In this document: one piece after another, positions 39,337 to 50,864 of the stretch
How the letters are laid out: each line of letters opens with the position of its first letter
How positions within the stretch are numbered: position 1 is the stretch's first letter
Assembly (NCBI GenBank): GCA_000004985.1
Contig: GG738873.1
Strand: one strand, 5' to 3'
DNA from: Naegleria gruberi
Taxonomy: Eukaryota
DNA length: 64,000 nt
Notes under the pieces: model-generated
The model's input: the letters and a program-made list of their open reading frames with translations, nothing else
The model's database searches: none
What the model was told of the DNA's origin: nothing
Position numbers and translations under genes: made by a program

Positions 39337-41649
39337 ATGTCTTCACAACACATCAATGACGACAAGGAGGGGGATCGTACTACTAATGACGACCATAGTA
39401 AATCGGTTGTTAGTGAAGATTTTACTCCTAGAACCTTGCAACAATTAAATGAAGCTGTAATAGAAGGTACAAATGACCATTCTTTGGATTTAGAACCACC
39501 AAATCAACACGAACATCAACTCTATAAAAAAATGGCTTCAGATCATCAACCAGAGCCATCCTCTAATAATAAGGAGGTTGAACATCAAAAGGAAAATCAA
39601 CCTCATAAGGAAGCCACTAAGGAAAGCCATAATGTAGATGAAACCAAAAAGGAAAAAAAAGAACATAAACAAGATGAGCACAAGGAACAAAAAGAAAACA
39701 AGGAAACTAAGGAACACAAGGAGGAAAAAGAACACAAGGAAGAAAGGAAGGACCACAAAGAACCAAATAATGATGAGGAATTTTTGCATCCAGACGAAAA
39801 ACCATCAAACATAGTACCACCACAAAGAAGTTATGGTAGTTCGCCTTCATTAGAAGATCAAGAAAGAGCAGATATGCATTTCCAAAATACTATATTAACA
39901 TTGGATAATTTAAAAAATCGTAGCACAACAAGACACACTAAACAAGTTATTTCAACATCCAACTCATCTTCCTCAATAACCTCTAAAGCTTCCCGTTCTT
40001 CATCCAATAGTACTTCAACCTCAAATCTTAATAATCTTAACAACACTGCTCCTAACAATGAAGAAAATAGTAACACCAGTAGTAGTAATACAGTAGAAGA
40101 AAAGAAGGAAACAACTACCAAACAACATGAAGTTGAAAATCATCTCACCAAACCTGAGCAATCAGACACAACTCATGATACTCCAACAGCTCCAATCAAT
40201 GAGTCAAAACAACAAAATGAGGAAAAGAAGGAGCACAAGGAAAAGAAGGAACATAAAGAAAAGGAAGCCACTAAAGAAAACCATAGTGTTGATCAACCCA
40301 AAAAGGATCAAGAGCATAAGGAGGTTAAAGAACACAAAGAAACTAAGGAACAAAAGGATCATAAAGAAGAAAAGAAGCAAGTTAAAGAACACAAGGAAGA
40401 ACCTAAAAAGCAACACAAAGAAGAGCACAAAGTGGACGAACATCCTGTTGTTCAAAAGGAACCAGTGAATCCGAAGAAAACTCAACCACAAGCTTCTGAA
40501 CACAAACAGCAAGAACCAACATTTAATGTAGAAGAACAATCCAATATTATCTCCACAACCACAACAACAGAAAAGAAAAAGAAGAAGAAACCATCAGGGC
40601 AAGTCACAACAGAAACTACTACTGTCACAACAACAGTGATAAAGAAGAAAAAGACGCCTCCAACAGACGAGCCACCTGAAAGAGATTTTCTTCAAGAAAG
40701 ATTGGAGGAACAACGTAAACAAGAGTCAATATCTGATGCCAATAACACAAAGAAAAATGATGGTTCAAAACCTCTTTATAAAAGATTAGAAGAAGAGTTT
40801 AATGACAGAATGATGAAAGAAAAGGAAAAGGAAAAAGAATTGCTTAAGGAACTGAGGAAAGATTTCGAACCTAAAAGACAAGGATTTAAGGACTCTCAAT
40901 TTGAATCAGTTCACAAAGAAAAGTTACAAATAATGAGAGAAGAAAGGGAAAGGGAACGTCTCAGAGCACAATCAGAGAAAACATTACAACAATATCATTA
41001 CAATAAGATCTTTGACATCATGCAAGAGGAGGAAAAGCAAAAAAAAATTGCAGAAGAACAGGAGAAAGAAAAGAAGAAACAACTTTTGAAACAACAACAA
41101 GTATATGCTGAAAAGTTGAGAAAAGTCAAGGTTAAAATTGATGATAAAAAGAGAGAAGAAATTGAAAATAGATTACATAAGAAATCAAAGCTTAAAGATA
41201 TGACAAAGAATAGTTCTTCAACTGGTGTCATTCAAACAGACGCCCCATCAACACCAACTCGCGAATTATCAGAAATTCCACCCACCAAGATTCTTAATCC
41301 TCCTCATACTGTTCCTAAAAAGAAGAAGAGATCAAACAAATTGCCTTCTCTTGACAAAAAACTTCCTAAGAAAGCCTCCACTTCAGAACAAAACCGACGT
41401 CAAAAAGATCTAGGTGAAAACTATATGGAAGCCAATAAGAAACATGGTAAAAAGAAGAGTAAGCAACCTGAGGTTAACGTTGAAGAAATAGAAGAATTGA
41501 AGAGGAGAGCTGAAAGAATGGAAAAGAGAGCAGAACAAGCCTTAAATAAGGATGATATTGATGATACAGATACTGACGTTTTGGCTAATGCTTTAAAGGC
41601 AAAATTAGAATTATATCAACGTGTAAAAAGGAATAACAACCAAAAGTAA
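39337..41649 (+). CDS. Highly charged KEHKE-repeat protein with a C-terminal coiled-coil (hypothetical)
   Basis: 770-aa ORF. Two blocks of degenerate tandem peptide repeats (KEHKEEKEHKEE…, KEHKEKKEHKEKEATKENHSVDQPKK…). The C-terminus is K/E/R-rich heptad-like. No enzymatic motifs. Confidence 0.5.
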   Translation: MSSQHINDDKEGDRTTNDDHSKSVVSEDFTPRTLQQLNEAVIEGTNDHSLDLEPPNQHEHQLYKKMASDHQPEPSSNNKEVEHQKENQPHKEATKESHNVDETKKEKKEHKQDEHKEQKENKETKEHKEEKEHKEERKDHKEPNNDEEFLHPDEKPSNIVPPQRSYGSSPSLEDQERADMHFQNTILTLDNLKNRSTTRHTKQVISTSNSSSSITSKASRSSSNSTSTSNLNNLNNTAPNNEENSNTSSSNTVEEKKETTTKQHEVENHLTKPEQSDTTHDTPTAPINESKQQNEEKKEHKEKKEHKEKEATKENHSVDQPKKDQEHKEVKEHKETKEQKDHKEEKKQVKEHKEEPKKQHKEEHKVDEHPVVQKEPVNPKKTQPQASEHKQQEPTFNVEEQSNIISTTTTTEKKKKKKPSGQVTTETTTVTTTVIKKKKTPPTDEPPERDFLQERLEEQRKQESISDANNTKKNDGSKPLYKRLEEEFNDRMMKEKEKEKELLKELRKDFEPKRQGFKDSQFESVHKEKLQIMREERERERLRAQSEKTLQQYHYNKIFDIMQEEEKQKKIAEEQEKEKKKQLLKQQQVYAEKLRKVKVKIDDKKREEIENRLHKKSKLKDMTKNSSSTGVIQTDAPSTPTRELSEIPPTKILNPPHTVPKKKKRSNKLPSLDKKLPKKASTSEQNRRQKDLGENYMEANKKHGKKKSKQPEVNVEEIEELKRRAERMEKRAEQALNKDDIDDTDTDVLANALKAKLELYQRVKRNNNQK

Positions 41650-41938
41650 AATTATATATTTATTGATATTGGTTGAGTTATTCGAAGCCTTAGTTACACT
41701 AAAGCATCAACTAACCTATTGAACAACAGCTGTTAAGGAATTTTGTTCGAATCTGTTTCCGTATCGTTTTTTTAAGGCAAAGTGAAAGTTCTATACAACA
41801 GTTAATGATTGGACAATTGTTGGGTTAATCAATTTCGTCTGGAGAGAAATTTTTCGATCCACTTGTTGAAGAGCTTCGTGTAACGAAAGAAATAATTGAT
41901 GGAAATTAACAAAAATAAATCAAAATATAATTTAAAAA

Positions 41939-42700
41939 ATGCTCAGACGTACCCTCGCTGTTAAAAGTACTTTCGCTCTTGCTCAAGGTTTTGCCACCAA
42001 GCAAGCCATGATGTTCCACACTGCTAGATCCATGATGATGAACACTGAAAAGCTTGACGTTAATGTCTTGTTGAAGGAACAAAAGGAAAAGCAAAAGCTC
42101 AAGGAATTGGAAAAGAAACTCCAAAGAGAACACGCCCAAAAGATTAAACAACAAAAACAAAAGTCTAAAGAAGCCCTCGATTTGATCAAACAAAAGCAAG
42201 CCGACAAGGAAAAGGAAAAGAGTACTCGTAAAAAGAAGGACGTTAATTCACCAAAGAGAGCCTTGACTCCATTGCTTTGGTTTACTACTCGTAACTTTGC
42301 TTTGATCCAAGGTGAATTGATTTCAAATGGTACTATTAAACCAGATACTCCAAGCAAGTTTACTCTTGTTCAAGGTGAACTAAAGAAGAGATGGGACTCT
42401 TTGGCTGAAGCTGAAAAGAATATTTATGTTGATTTGGCTGCTCAAGATAAACTTCGTTATCAAAAGGAAATGAAGGCTTACAACAAAAAGAAGGAAGCTA
42501 ACAAGAGACCAATGACTTCTTACATGCGTTTCTTCATGGAAATTAGACCTCAATTGATCCAAGAAAATCCAACTGCCAAGGTTACTGAAATCACAAAGCT
42601 AGCTGCTCAACGTTGGAAGGAATTGTCAGCAACAAAGAAGAAGGTTTATCAAGAAGCTTTCGAAGCTGATATGGAAGTTTATAGATCAGCTCGCGAATAA
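41939..42700 (+). CDS. Mitochondrial HMG-box protein (TFAM/Abf2-like), with two HMG boxes
   Basis: Presequence-like N-terminus MLRRTLAVKSTFALAQGFATKQAMMFHTARS. Two HMG-box-like segments (PKRALTPLLWFTTRNF…KRWDSLAEAEKNIYVDLAAQDKLRYQKEMKAY and RPMTSYMRFFMEIRPQLIQENP…TKLAAQRWKELSATKKKVYQEAFEADMEVYR). Confidence 0.65.
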   Translation: MLRRTLAVKSTFALAQGFATKQAMMFHTARSMMMNTEKLDVNVLLKEQKEKQKLKELEKKLQREHAQKIKQQKQKSKEALDLIKQKQADKEKEKSTRKKKDVNSPKRALTPLLWFTTRNFALIQGELISNGTIKPDTPSKFTLVQGELKKRWDSLAEAEKNIYVDLAAQDKLRYQKEMKAYNKKKEANKRPMTSYMRFFMEIRPQLIQENPTAKVTEITKLAAQRWKELSATKKKVYQEAFEADMEVYRSARE

Positions 42701-42771
42701 ATCATTCACTCACTAATTGGTTATTACAAAAATTGTTTAATTCGTGTGAAATAGGCCAAAAAAGGGATGTT

Positions 42772-43740
42772 TTATAATTTTTTGAATTTGTAACGATGGT
42801 TGTTCAAATCAATGATATCAACAAAATTTTGATTCAACAAGAAGTGACCATACTCACTTGCAACAATCATGATTGGTAATACGAATGGAAATACAAGAAT
42901 TGCCAATTTGAAATGTTCTCTTCCGAGTGGAGCTCCAACTTGAGTCAACAAATGATAATGTTCAATCATTGAAGGTGTCCATAATAATAATTCAAATGCA
43001 GCAACTAAAATTGAAATGAATAGGCAAATGAATAATATTTGTGGAATCTTTAAATTTCCAATTACTTGAACATTGTTGGAATTTTCAATAACTTGTGAAG
43101 GTGTTGAAATAACCGAATGATGAGATAAAGAGTTTGATGATTCACCATCGTCCATTGGATGATCTGTTAATATTGTACTAGGAGTTGCAAAATATGCTGA
43201 TGTATTAGACCTATTATTTAAATTATTATTCGTAAATGAATTATATCCCTCTTCACCAGATTTTAATGATAAATTAGAATTATTTAAAATTAATTCATTA
43301 TTATCCATATTATTATTATTATTATTATTGATATTATTGATGTTATAAGTAAAATTACTAGTACTATTATTCATTAATAAGTAATTAATAGTTGATTGTT
43401 TCCAAATAGTATATCTATAAAAACAACGTATAGACAAAGTTAATAAACCAATTGAAGATAATGTATGAACAAGTCTAATTCTTTCCATTCCAATTGATTC
43501 ACCAAAGTCTTCCCCAATCACAGCAAAATACAAGAATAACAATGAACACAAGCCTGATACAATTCCAACACTATACGAATAAATCTTGTATTGAACACTT
43601 GCATTTTGATAATATGTTTCAACCATTTCCATTTGTTCATCTTCATCATAGAATTGTTTCATTGAATCCGTTTGTTCATGAGGCGATGATGTTGGTGAAG
43701 GAGGAGTTGCTGTAGGGGATCGAATGTAAAGTGTTTTCAT
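42772..43740 (-). CDS. Hypothetical membrane protein with a poly-Asn tract
   Basis: The ORF track begins at 43833, but the ATG at 43740 (MKTLYIRSP…) is preceded by an A-run. Contains 4 predicted TM helices and an N9 tract encoded by (ATT)n on the plus strand. Confidence 0.4.
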   Translation of the reverse strand: MKTLYIRSPTATPPSPTSSPHEQTDSMKQFYDEDEQMEMVETYYQNASVQYKIYSYSVGIVSGLCSLLFLYFAVIGEDFGESIGMERIRLVHTLSSIGLLTLSIRCFYRYTIWKQSTINYLLMNNSTSNFTYNINNINNNNNNNMDNNELILNNSNLSLKSGEEGYNSFTNNNLNNRSNTSAYFATPSTILTDHPMDDGESSNSLSHHSVISTPSQVIENSNNVQVIGNLKIPQILFICLFISILVAAFELLLWTPSMIEHYHLLTQVGAPLGREHFKLAILVFPFVLPIMIVASEYGHFLLNQNFVDIIDLNNHRYKFKKL

Positions 43741-44083
43741 TTTTTTTATATTGTTGAAGATGAAAATTACAATTTTTCTTCTTGTTGTTTGCAATTGTTG
43801 TTGATACAATGAGAGATGCAGAGATGAAGGCAAGTGAAAGTGTTTTTTTATTGTTGCTGTTGATGATGAATCATTTTGGGTAGTGTTATTAATTAATTAG
43901 CATGTGGGGACTCGAGAATTGGAAATGATTCACACAACGAAAATTGATTAATTTTAATTTTAAAAAGTGCAAGTTTGTTCAAATTTGTCATAAATATCAA
44001 AAATCAGTGAAATTGTCCTTCATAAGACTCTCAATATTTAGTTTCTTCAACTTTCTTGCTTTACTCACAGTTGAATTATGTTT

Positions 44084-46731
44084 CTAATCTTTCATATCAG
44101 TAAGCTTTCTTTCACATTCACGAATTAAACACCTCGATGGTAAATCATTTGGAGCAGTAATCAAGTATTGATTGAATAAATCCATTGCATCACTGTAGGC
44201 CTTATCAAAGTAATATTTGGTTCCTTGATTGTAGGAATTCCATTTTGTCAGCTTAATTTTCTCTTGCAATTCGTACATCCATTCATCTTCAGTAACTTTG
44301 AGAGAAGGTCCCAATTCATAGATTTTCAATTCTTCTTCATCTTGATACGATTGATAGGGAGTTCCTCCCATTCCATCCATGAAAGCATCATTCAGATTTG
44401 GATTCAAGCATGACGGGTCAATTGATTCCACAGAATCTACATAACGATTTTGGAATGATTTTTCACATCGTTCCTTAGTTGGTTGACTCATTACAAAGGA
44501 TAGGCCAAGTCGAAGAGCAGATGCCATTAACTTTTCCAAATTATATCGAACACTCGAGATGATTGTAAAGTTTTTCGCTTCATTTGTTCCAACATTTCCA
44601 CAAAATGCTTCTTGGGTATGAATGGCAAATCTAAAACTCACACAATCGAATAAATTTCCATACTTTTTGGTCAATTCTGGAGTTTTCCATTTTGAAACTT
44701 TGATATTTGAAAGTCTGGAAAGAAGAGTGGCTGCAGTTATAGCTCCCTTTTCTTCATGATTTGATTGACAAGAGGCAGCATTGAATGATATTGTAATAGT
44801 TTCATTTTCAAATTGACCAACAAATCCTCCCATACTTCTACTAACGCTATTCACTTGTTCAAACATATCAGACATGATATGAACCAATTCTGAAGGATTC
44901 ATTGTAATTAAACATTCTGAAAATCCATGAACTAGCAATTGAACACAAGTGATCACTCTTTGCTCCATGTACAGTGAAAACTTATGGCTCTTACAAACCT
45001 TTCGCATATGACTATCTGAATTCTTACTGTTCATAGATAGAGAGTTTTGACTGGAAGTGTCTCCTAATTTGGAAGATTGTAGTTTCTTTGAAGATTTCTT
45101 TTTAAAAGAATAATCTTCATGTGTTGGTTCTTCATCTTCTTCTGTTTCTTCTTTCTCTTCCTCTTGTCCATTCTCAATTTCTGAAAGTAAATGGGCAGGA
45201 ATGAAACTCTTATACAGCTTAATTCGGTTGACCATACTAAGAAAGTGACCTTGAAGTTGTTTCACCTCTGAAAATGCAGAAGTAATAATACTTAATTGTT
45301 CCAGATCCATTTTAGCAACACTTTCGAATTGTTCAATAAGATTATACAATGGTCTGGCTACTCTAATTGAAAAATAAACTCCCACAATGATACCAATAAC
45401 AATCGTAACAAATCCGGCAACACAGGCACAGATAATGGCAATGATCATTGAACCAACATAATTCCAGTATGGAACTGACAATACTATAGTCCAATCAATT
45501 TGAGAATTAGTACACAATCTAAAAACTGAATTGTAGAAATTATCATGGGAGATTAAGATTAGAGTATTGCAAGGAATGTTACTCCAATCTTTATACTGTT
45601 CAAGTAAATTGGCTCCTAATCGACTCACCTTATCATCTCCAACAGTAGATGGTGTTTTTCTATGTACTTGTCCACTGTTATCCCAAGTTGACAGTGGCAG
45701 CTCATTATTCACTATTATGAAAAATAAGATTATCTTTCCAAAAGTACTACTTACAAGCAATTAAAAATCCAGTTTTGGTTTCAACAATAAATCCAGTTGA
45801 TCTCTGAATATCACTTGTTTGCTCTCTTAAGAAATTAGAAATAGTCGTTACTGTTAAATCATTGGCAATGTAGTAATGGAAATTATGTCCATTGGGTAAG
45901 GGGTATTCACTATTCACAACACAATTGATTGAGGTAATGAAAGTATATTCTGGTACATTTGGATCAGTGTAGCTCAATGAAAAAACTTGTTGATTTGGGA
46001 AAGAATCACACACTGAAACCAATATACTCATATCGAAGAGTGTTGAATATTCATTCGGTGTGGAATTCCTAAAACATGTGTTATGTTTAGGAACATCAAG
46101 ACAATAGTAGATTTCTGATTGATTTCCATTCATTGAAGAATTAATGGTTGCTAAGTAAGGACCCCACTGAAGCTGACCAAAAGCAGATCCTGCATAATCA
46201 CCAGCATAGCTTGATATTGTTACATGTGAGAGGTATTTTAAAGAGGACTAATATTAGCATAGTAAACCATTCACACATCTGTTCAAGAAATTATTAAGGT
46301 TAATAACTTACCTTATAGCCAGAGTAGAGTACACGTTCAAGGTAATTGAAACTATCCTTATCATACATATATTCATCAGTGATGGTTTGTTGTTTGATGG
46401 CTTCATTAAGTACTGAAACTTCCACTAAAGTATCATTTGCAAAATTCAATATTGAAGTAAATTGTTCTTCTCTAATCATTGTTGATAGATTGAGGACACT
46501 TGGTGAAAAACTTGCCAAACAAGTAAGAGTCAATAGAAACACATTCAAAAACAGTAAACCACACGTCAGGACAATGATACAGCACCGAATGGAAGTTCCC
46601 TTCTTTTGTGTTGTTGTTGTTGTACCAGGAGTTCTTCTTGTTGATTTAGTAGGCTGATGAGTTTGTTCATGTGATTTCTTGTATTGATGTTCAGGTGCCA
46701 CTCTTTGTGATGACCTGAATGAGTGTAGCAT
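44084..46731 (-). CDS. Receptor-type class III nucleotidyl-cyclase-homology protein with apparently degenerate catalytic residues; 3 exons: 46731..46312, 46247..45755, 45711..44084
   Basis: Exon 1 has an N-terminal TM (IRCCIIVLTCGLLFLNVFLLTLTCL). Exons 2-3 give a ~250-aa ectodomain (Cys-containing, N-glycosylation sites), then TM2 (VGSMIIAIICACVAGFVTIVIGIIVGVYF) and a linker. The cyclase-homology domain reads VITCVQLLVHGFSEC (compare V.ILF.DIVGFT) and FAIHTQEAFCGNVGTNEAKNFTIISSVRYNLEKLMASA (compare GIHTGPV.AGVVG…Y.V.GDTVN.ASRMES). Introns have GTAAGT donors at 46311 and 45754 on the minus strand; the acceptors are AG at 46249-46248 and 45713-45712. Confidence 0.5.
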
Positions 46732-47185
46732 GTTACTGTTTCAATGTGTGCTTGTTTTCTTAATAATTCTTGGAACGTATGTTCCCCATCGAACTTCCAA
46801 CAAACACCCATTCACAATAATCATCAAGCAGTACGGTTACTATAGGTGTTTTTTAAACTAATATATTAAGCAATATGTAATATCGCAAGAATCCTTATAT
46901 TTGTCTTGGAAAATGAAACTGAGGTAAATATCGTGAGTACACACTGAGGATTAATAGTCAAATTGCAACATATGAGACTTTCAGTATTAATTGGTCCACT
47001 ATGAGGATTTGGAAGTTGAAGTATTTCTTGTTATTGAAGAAATTGTATTGTAAGTACACATATTTGGAAAGACTTATGCCAAACAAAGTATTACTGCTTT
47101 TGCACAGCTGTTAAACAACTTTAGTTTTTTCATTGGACAGATTTAAATCCAATGAATATTTAATAATAAATAAAAATTAAAAAAA

Positions 47186-47782
47186 ATGACAACAACTGAT
47201 GATCATCATCCTGTACAAGAAGAATCGACCACCACATCAGCAGAAGTGATCAATAATAATTTAGGATCATCACCATCGGAACAATTAAATAATACACCAT
47301 CCAATATACCATCATCACAAATATCACCAGTTAAATATACAACAGAATTATTTTGTACACAATATACGGAATTACTTAGTAAATCAACAAATCAAAAGGA
47401 AATTGAACAAGAAGAACAATTTAAACAAATTGAAAATTTAATTGAAGTGTTATTGAAAAGATGTGATGAGCTTGGTGAAAATTTAGATTTAATTCAAACA
47501 AATTCGGTTCAAATCAATGATGAATTATTACCAAATTTATTGAAAATGATGGTACACGTCAAACAAATATATTCTAAAATTGATAATTTAAATTCTGTAG
47601 TTTCTAATGCTAAAGAGAAGGTCAATTCGTTAGACTTGAAATTAAGTGAATTTGAAAAACAAAAATCATCAGAAAAGTATGCCAAGTTTGTCCCAAGTTT
47701 TTTCAAATTTGGTAAATCAAATGATAATACTTCTGCTACTGAAAATGTCATTCAATTCAATAAAGATGATTATTTATTGTAA
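47186..47782 (+). CDS. Small hypothetical coiled-coil protein
   Basis: 198-aa ORF. N-terminal S/T-rich region, then heptad-like regions (EQFKQIENLIEVLLKRCDELGENLDLIQ…VNSLDLKLSEFEKQ). Possibly a snapin/BLOC-1-like small subunit, but this is not verifiable from sequence alone. Confidence 0.4.
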   Translation: MTTTDDHHPVQEESTTTSAEVINNNLGSSPSEQLNNTPSNIPSSQISPVKYTTELFCTQYTELLSKSTNQKEIEQEEQFKQIENLIEVLLKRCDELGENLDLIQTNSVQINDELLPNLLKMMVHVKQIYSKIDNLNSVVSNAKEKVNSLDLKLSEFEKQKSSEKYAKFVPSFFKFGKSNDNTSATENVIQFNKDDYLL

Positions 47783-47915
47783 AGAATAGATCTTTTCTTT
47801 ATAGCTTAACAAGAGTAATATGTACAAGTTTATTAGCTTTTTGAATCATGACAAGATTCTTTAATATATTTGTTGTAATGAATTTTAAAAGATGAAGTAG
47901 ATTGTATTACTTGGT

Positions 47916-49040
47916 TTAGAAACATTTTCTGTGAACAATTGCACAGCCAGCATCTTGATACTCCTCTGCCGTAATCCACATGGATTGAAAGGTTGATAAA
48001 GAAGAGAGAATACTTCCACCAATCCAAACTGAATACTTTCTTTCTGGTGGAGCAATAACTTTAATCTTCATTGAAGCTGGAGCCATAGCTGTCAATTCCT
48101 TGTTCATTCTCTCAGCAATTCCTTCAAACATGGTTGAACCACCAGAAAGAACAACACTTCCATATAATTCCTTTCTAATATCAATATCACACTTTCCAAT
48201 AGAATTGAAAGTTGTTTCGTGAACACCAGCTGCTTCCATTCCAATAAAATTTGGTTGAAATAATACTTCTGGACATCTGAATCTTTCGTTACCAACTGTA
48301 ATGACATTACCATCTGGCAATTCATATGACTTCTCAACTGAGGATGATTCAGCAGCAACCTTCATTTCTGCTTCAAAATCCAAAGCAACATAACAGAGCT
48401 TTTCCTTAATATCTCTGACGATTTCTCTTTCAGCAGTAGTATTGAATGAATAACCTCTTTCCATCAAAATCTTCATCAAGTAATCAGTCAAATCACGACC
48501 TGCCAAATCCAGTCTCAAAATGGCATGAGGCAAGGCATAACCTTCATAGATTGGAACAGTATGTGAAACACCATCACCTGAATCCAAGACAATACCAGTA
48601 GTTCTACCAGTAGCGTACAAGGACAAGACAGCTTGAATAGCAACATACATGGCTGGAACTCTAAAAGTTTCGAACATGATTTGAGTCATCTTTTCACGAT
48701 TTGCCTTTGGATTTAATGGAGCTTCTGTCAATAAGACACCATGCTCTTCAGGACCAACTCTCAATTCATTATAGAAAGAGTGATGCCAAATCTTTTCCAT
48801 ATCATCCCAGTTGGTGATAATTCCGTGCTCAATTGGATATTTGAGAGCGAGGATTCCCTTCTTTGACATGGCTTCATCTCCAACATAGGCATCCTTACTA
48901 CCCATTCCAACCATGATTGACCTATGTTTTGGTCTTCCAATTAATGATGGAAATACAGCTCGTGGAGCATCTTCACCAGCGAAACCAGCTTTACACATTC
49001 CAGAACCATTGTCAATTACGAGAGCTTGATTTTCTTTCAT
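47916..49040 (-). CDS. Actin
   Basis: 374 aa. [32 protein letters not shown]…[34 protein letters not shown]…IVHRKCF is near-identical to conventional actin along its entire length. Confidence 0.9.
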   Translation of the reverse strand: MKENQALVIDNGSGMCKAGFAGEDAPRAVFPSLIGRPKHRSIMVGMGSKDAYVGDEAMSKKGILALKYPIEHGIITNWDDMEKIWHHSFYNELRVGPEEHGVLLTEAPLNPKANREKMTQIMFETFRVPAMYVAIQAVLSLYATGRTTGIVLDSGDGVSHTVPIYEGYALPHAILRLDLAGRDLTDYLMKILMERGYSFNTTAEREIVRDIKEKLCYVALDFEAEMKVAAESSSVEKSYELPDGNVITVGNERFRCPEVLFQPNFIGMEAAGVHETTFNSIGKCDIDIRKELYGSVVLSGGSTMFEGIAERMNKELTAMAPASMKIKVIAPPERKYSVWIGGSILSSLSTFQSMWITAEEYQDAGCAIVHRKCF

Positions 49041-49314
49041 TTTGAGTTTAATATTATTATGTTTTTGAGTCTTTTGTTTTGTTTGGACGAATATCTCAAG
49101 TGCATAGCTCTGGATTTATAGAGTTTAGAATAGAATTTTGTTATGCCTTTGTCTTAGTATAATAGTTCATTGTTCCTTGACCTAAACTAGTTTGATTGTT
49201 TGGATGGAAACTCCAAATACCACTTTGAACGGAACATGTAGGAAGAAATTCAGTTTATTACACCTAACCCAAGTACATTTCGATATTGAAAATTAAAAAG
49301 TTTGGATTAATCCA

Positions 49315-50814
49315 ATGAACAATTTGAAAATTGAAATTTGTAAAAAAAATATGAAACCAGTCGAAACTGGGAATGTAATATTTGCTGATGATGTAATCTA
49401 TGAAATCCTATCTTTCCTAAATAATGAATGGAAGTTTATTTTATTGAACGGTTGTTTAGTTTCTAAACAATGGTTTACAATGATTAAGAAATATTCGAAA
49501 CTAGAAGTTGAATTTAATCATCGGATCAATACTGAACAATTATTTTCAAGTGACTTTTTAAATTCAATTGCAAAATTGAGAATTGATAAATATTGTGGAA
49601 TTTTATATCCGAGAAAATTCAATGAAAATCTTGGAATGATGACTCAGTTGACTGAATTGAATCTTTCAGCATGGAAATTAAAAATGGAACATGTTGAAGC
49701 TATTTCAAAATTATATAATTTGAAAAAATTAATCATTAATAATCGTTTCAATAATTTTGATACAAAGGAAGCAAAATTAATTGGGAAATTAGAAAATTTA
49801 ACATTTTTGGAAATTTCTAGAATTGGTGATATGGGACTGAAATATATTTCAGAATTGAAAAATTTGAGAATTCTAAATATACATGATCCATGTTTTACCT
49901 TTACAAGGTATGGACTTGAATCCATCAGTGAAATGCCCAAATTGACTTGTTTGAAAGTTAGAGATTTGAAAATTTGTAACGAAGGTGTCAATTGGATTAG
50001 TCAATCAACTCAATTGACTGATTTAGATTTTACAACCTGTACTTTAGATCAAGGATTAGAATCATTATGTGAAATGAAGCGATTAACAAGTCTATGGTTG
50101 CCAAGTTGCCCAAAATATGCAAACAAAGTTGAATTAATTGGCCAATTGACACAATTGACTAGTCTCAACATTTGTGCTAGAGGAATTAATGATCAAGATG
50201 GAGTACATATCAAAGAATTGACGCAATTGACTGAACTTGATATTAGTCTGAATCAAATTGTTTTTGAAACTATCGAATCTATTAGCCAATTGACCAATTT
50301 AATTATTCTAAACATGTCCTATTGTAATATTGGAGATGATGGAGCATGCCTTATTGGAGAATTGAGTCAATTAAGAGAGTTGAAAGTTTTAAAAAATTTA
50401 ATTACTGATGCAGGAGTTATTTCAATCAGTCAATTAAAACATCTTATCAAGTTGGATATTAGTAATAATGAAATTAGTAAGACTGGAGCTGAATCAATTA
50501 GTGGATTGAGAAATTTAACTTACCTTAATATTGGATATAATTTAATTGGAGATGAGGGATGCGATTTCATTTGTGATCTGTCTCTATTAAGATCTCTTCA
50601 TGCTGATAAAACTGGTATCAGCTCAGAAGGTATCAAGTCAATCAGAAATTTGAGAAAATTGACTAGTCTTTCTTTATCAAATAATAATATTTGTGATGAA
50701 GGATGCAAATTCATTAATATTAAGCAATTGAACTACCTTAATGTCAAGTCAAATCCATGTAATGCAGATTTAAGTTTCTCAAATCTTTACTCTAAAACCA
50801 CATTATTTCCATAA
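49315..50814 (+). CDS. F-box-like / leucine-rich-repeat (RNI-type LRR) protein
   Basis: The N-terminal DDVIYEILSFLNNEWKFILLNGCLVSKQWFTMI is F-box-like. It is followed by ~16 regular 24-26-aa LRRs (L..L..L.L..C.I.D.G…L..L..L). Confidence 0.65.
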   Translation: MNNLKIEICKKNMKPVETGNVIFADDVIYEILSFLNNEWKFILLNGCLVSKQWFTMIKKYSKLEVEFNHRINTEQLFSSDFLNSIAKLRIDKYCGILYPRKFNENLGMMTQLTELNLSAWKLKMEHVEAISKLYNLKKLIINNRFNNFDTKEAKLIGKLENLTFLEISRIGDMGLKYISELKNLRILNIHDPCFTFTRYGLESISEMPKLTCLKVRDLKICNEGVNWISQSTQLTDLDFTTCTLDQGLESLCEMKRLTSLWLPSCPKYANKVELIGQLTQLTSLNICARGINDQDGVHIKELTQLTELDISLNQIVFETIESISQLTNLIILNMSYCNIGDDGACLIGELSQLRELKVLKNLITDAGVISISQLKHLIKLDISNNEISKTGAESISGLRNLTYLNIGYNLIGDEGCDFICDLSLLRSLHADKTGISSEGIKSIRNLRKLTSLSLSNNNICDEGCKFINIKQLNYLNVKSNPCNADLSFSNLYSKTTLFP

Positions 50815-50864
50815 TAGAACCAGTTTCGGATAAATCTTATTTTATCCAGTCGATGTTGATTCAT

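Noticed and set aside
39538-40539. Several F/L-rich antisense ORFs inside the KEHKE-repeat gene
   Set aside because: They are the complement of AAG/GAA-rich repeats (TTC/CTT = F/L) and are artefacts of low-complexity coding sequence.
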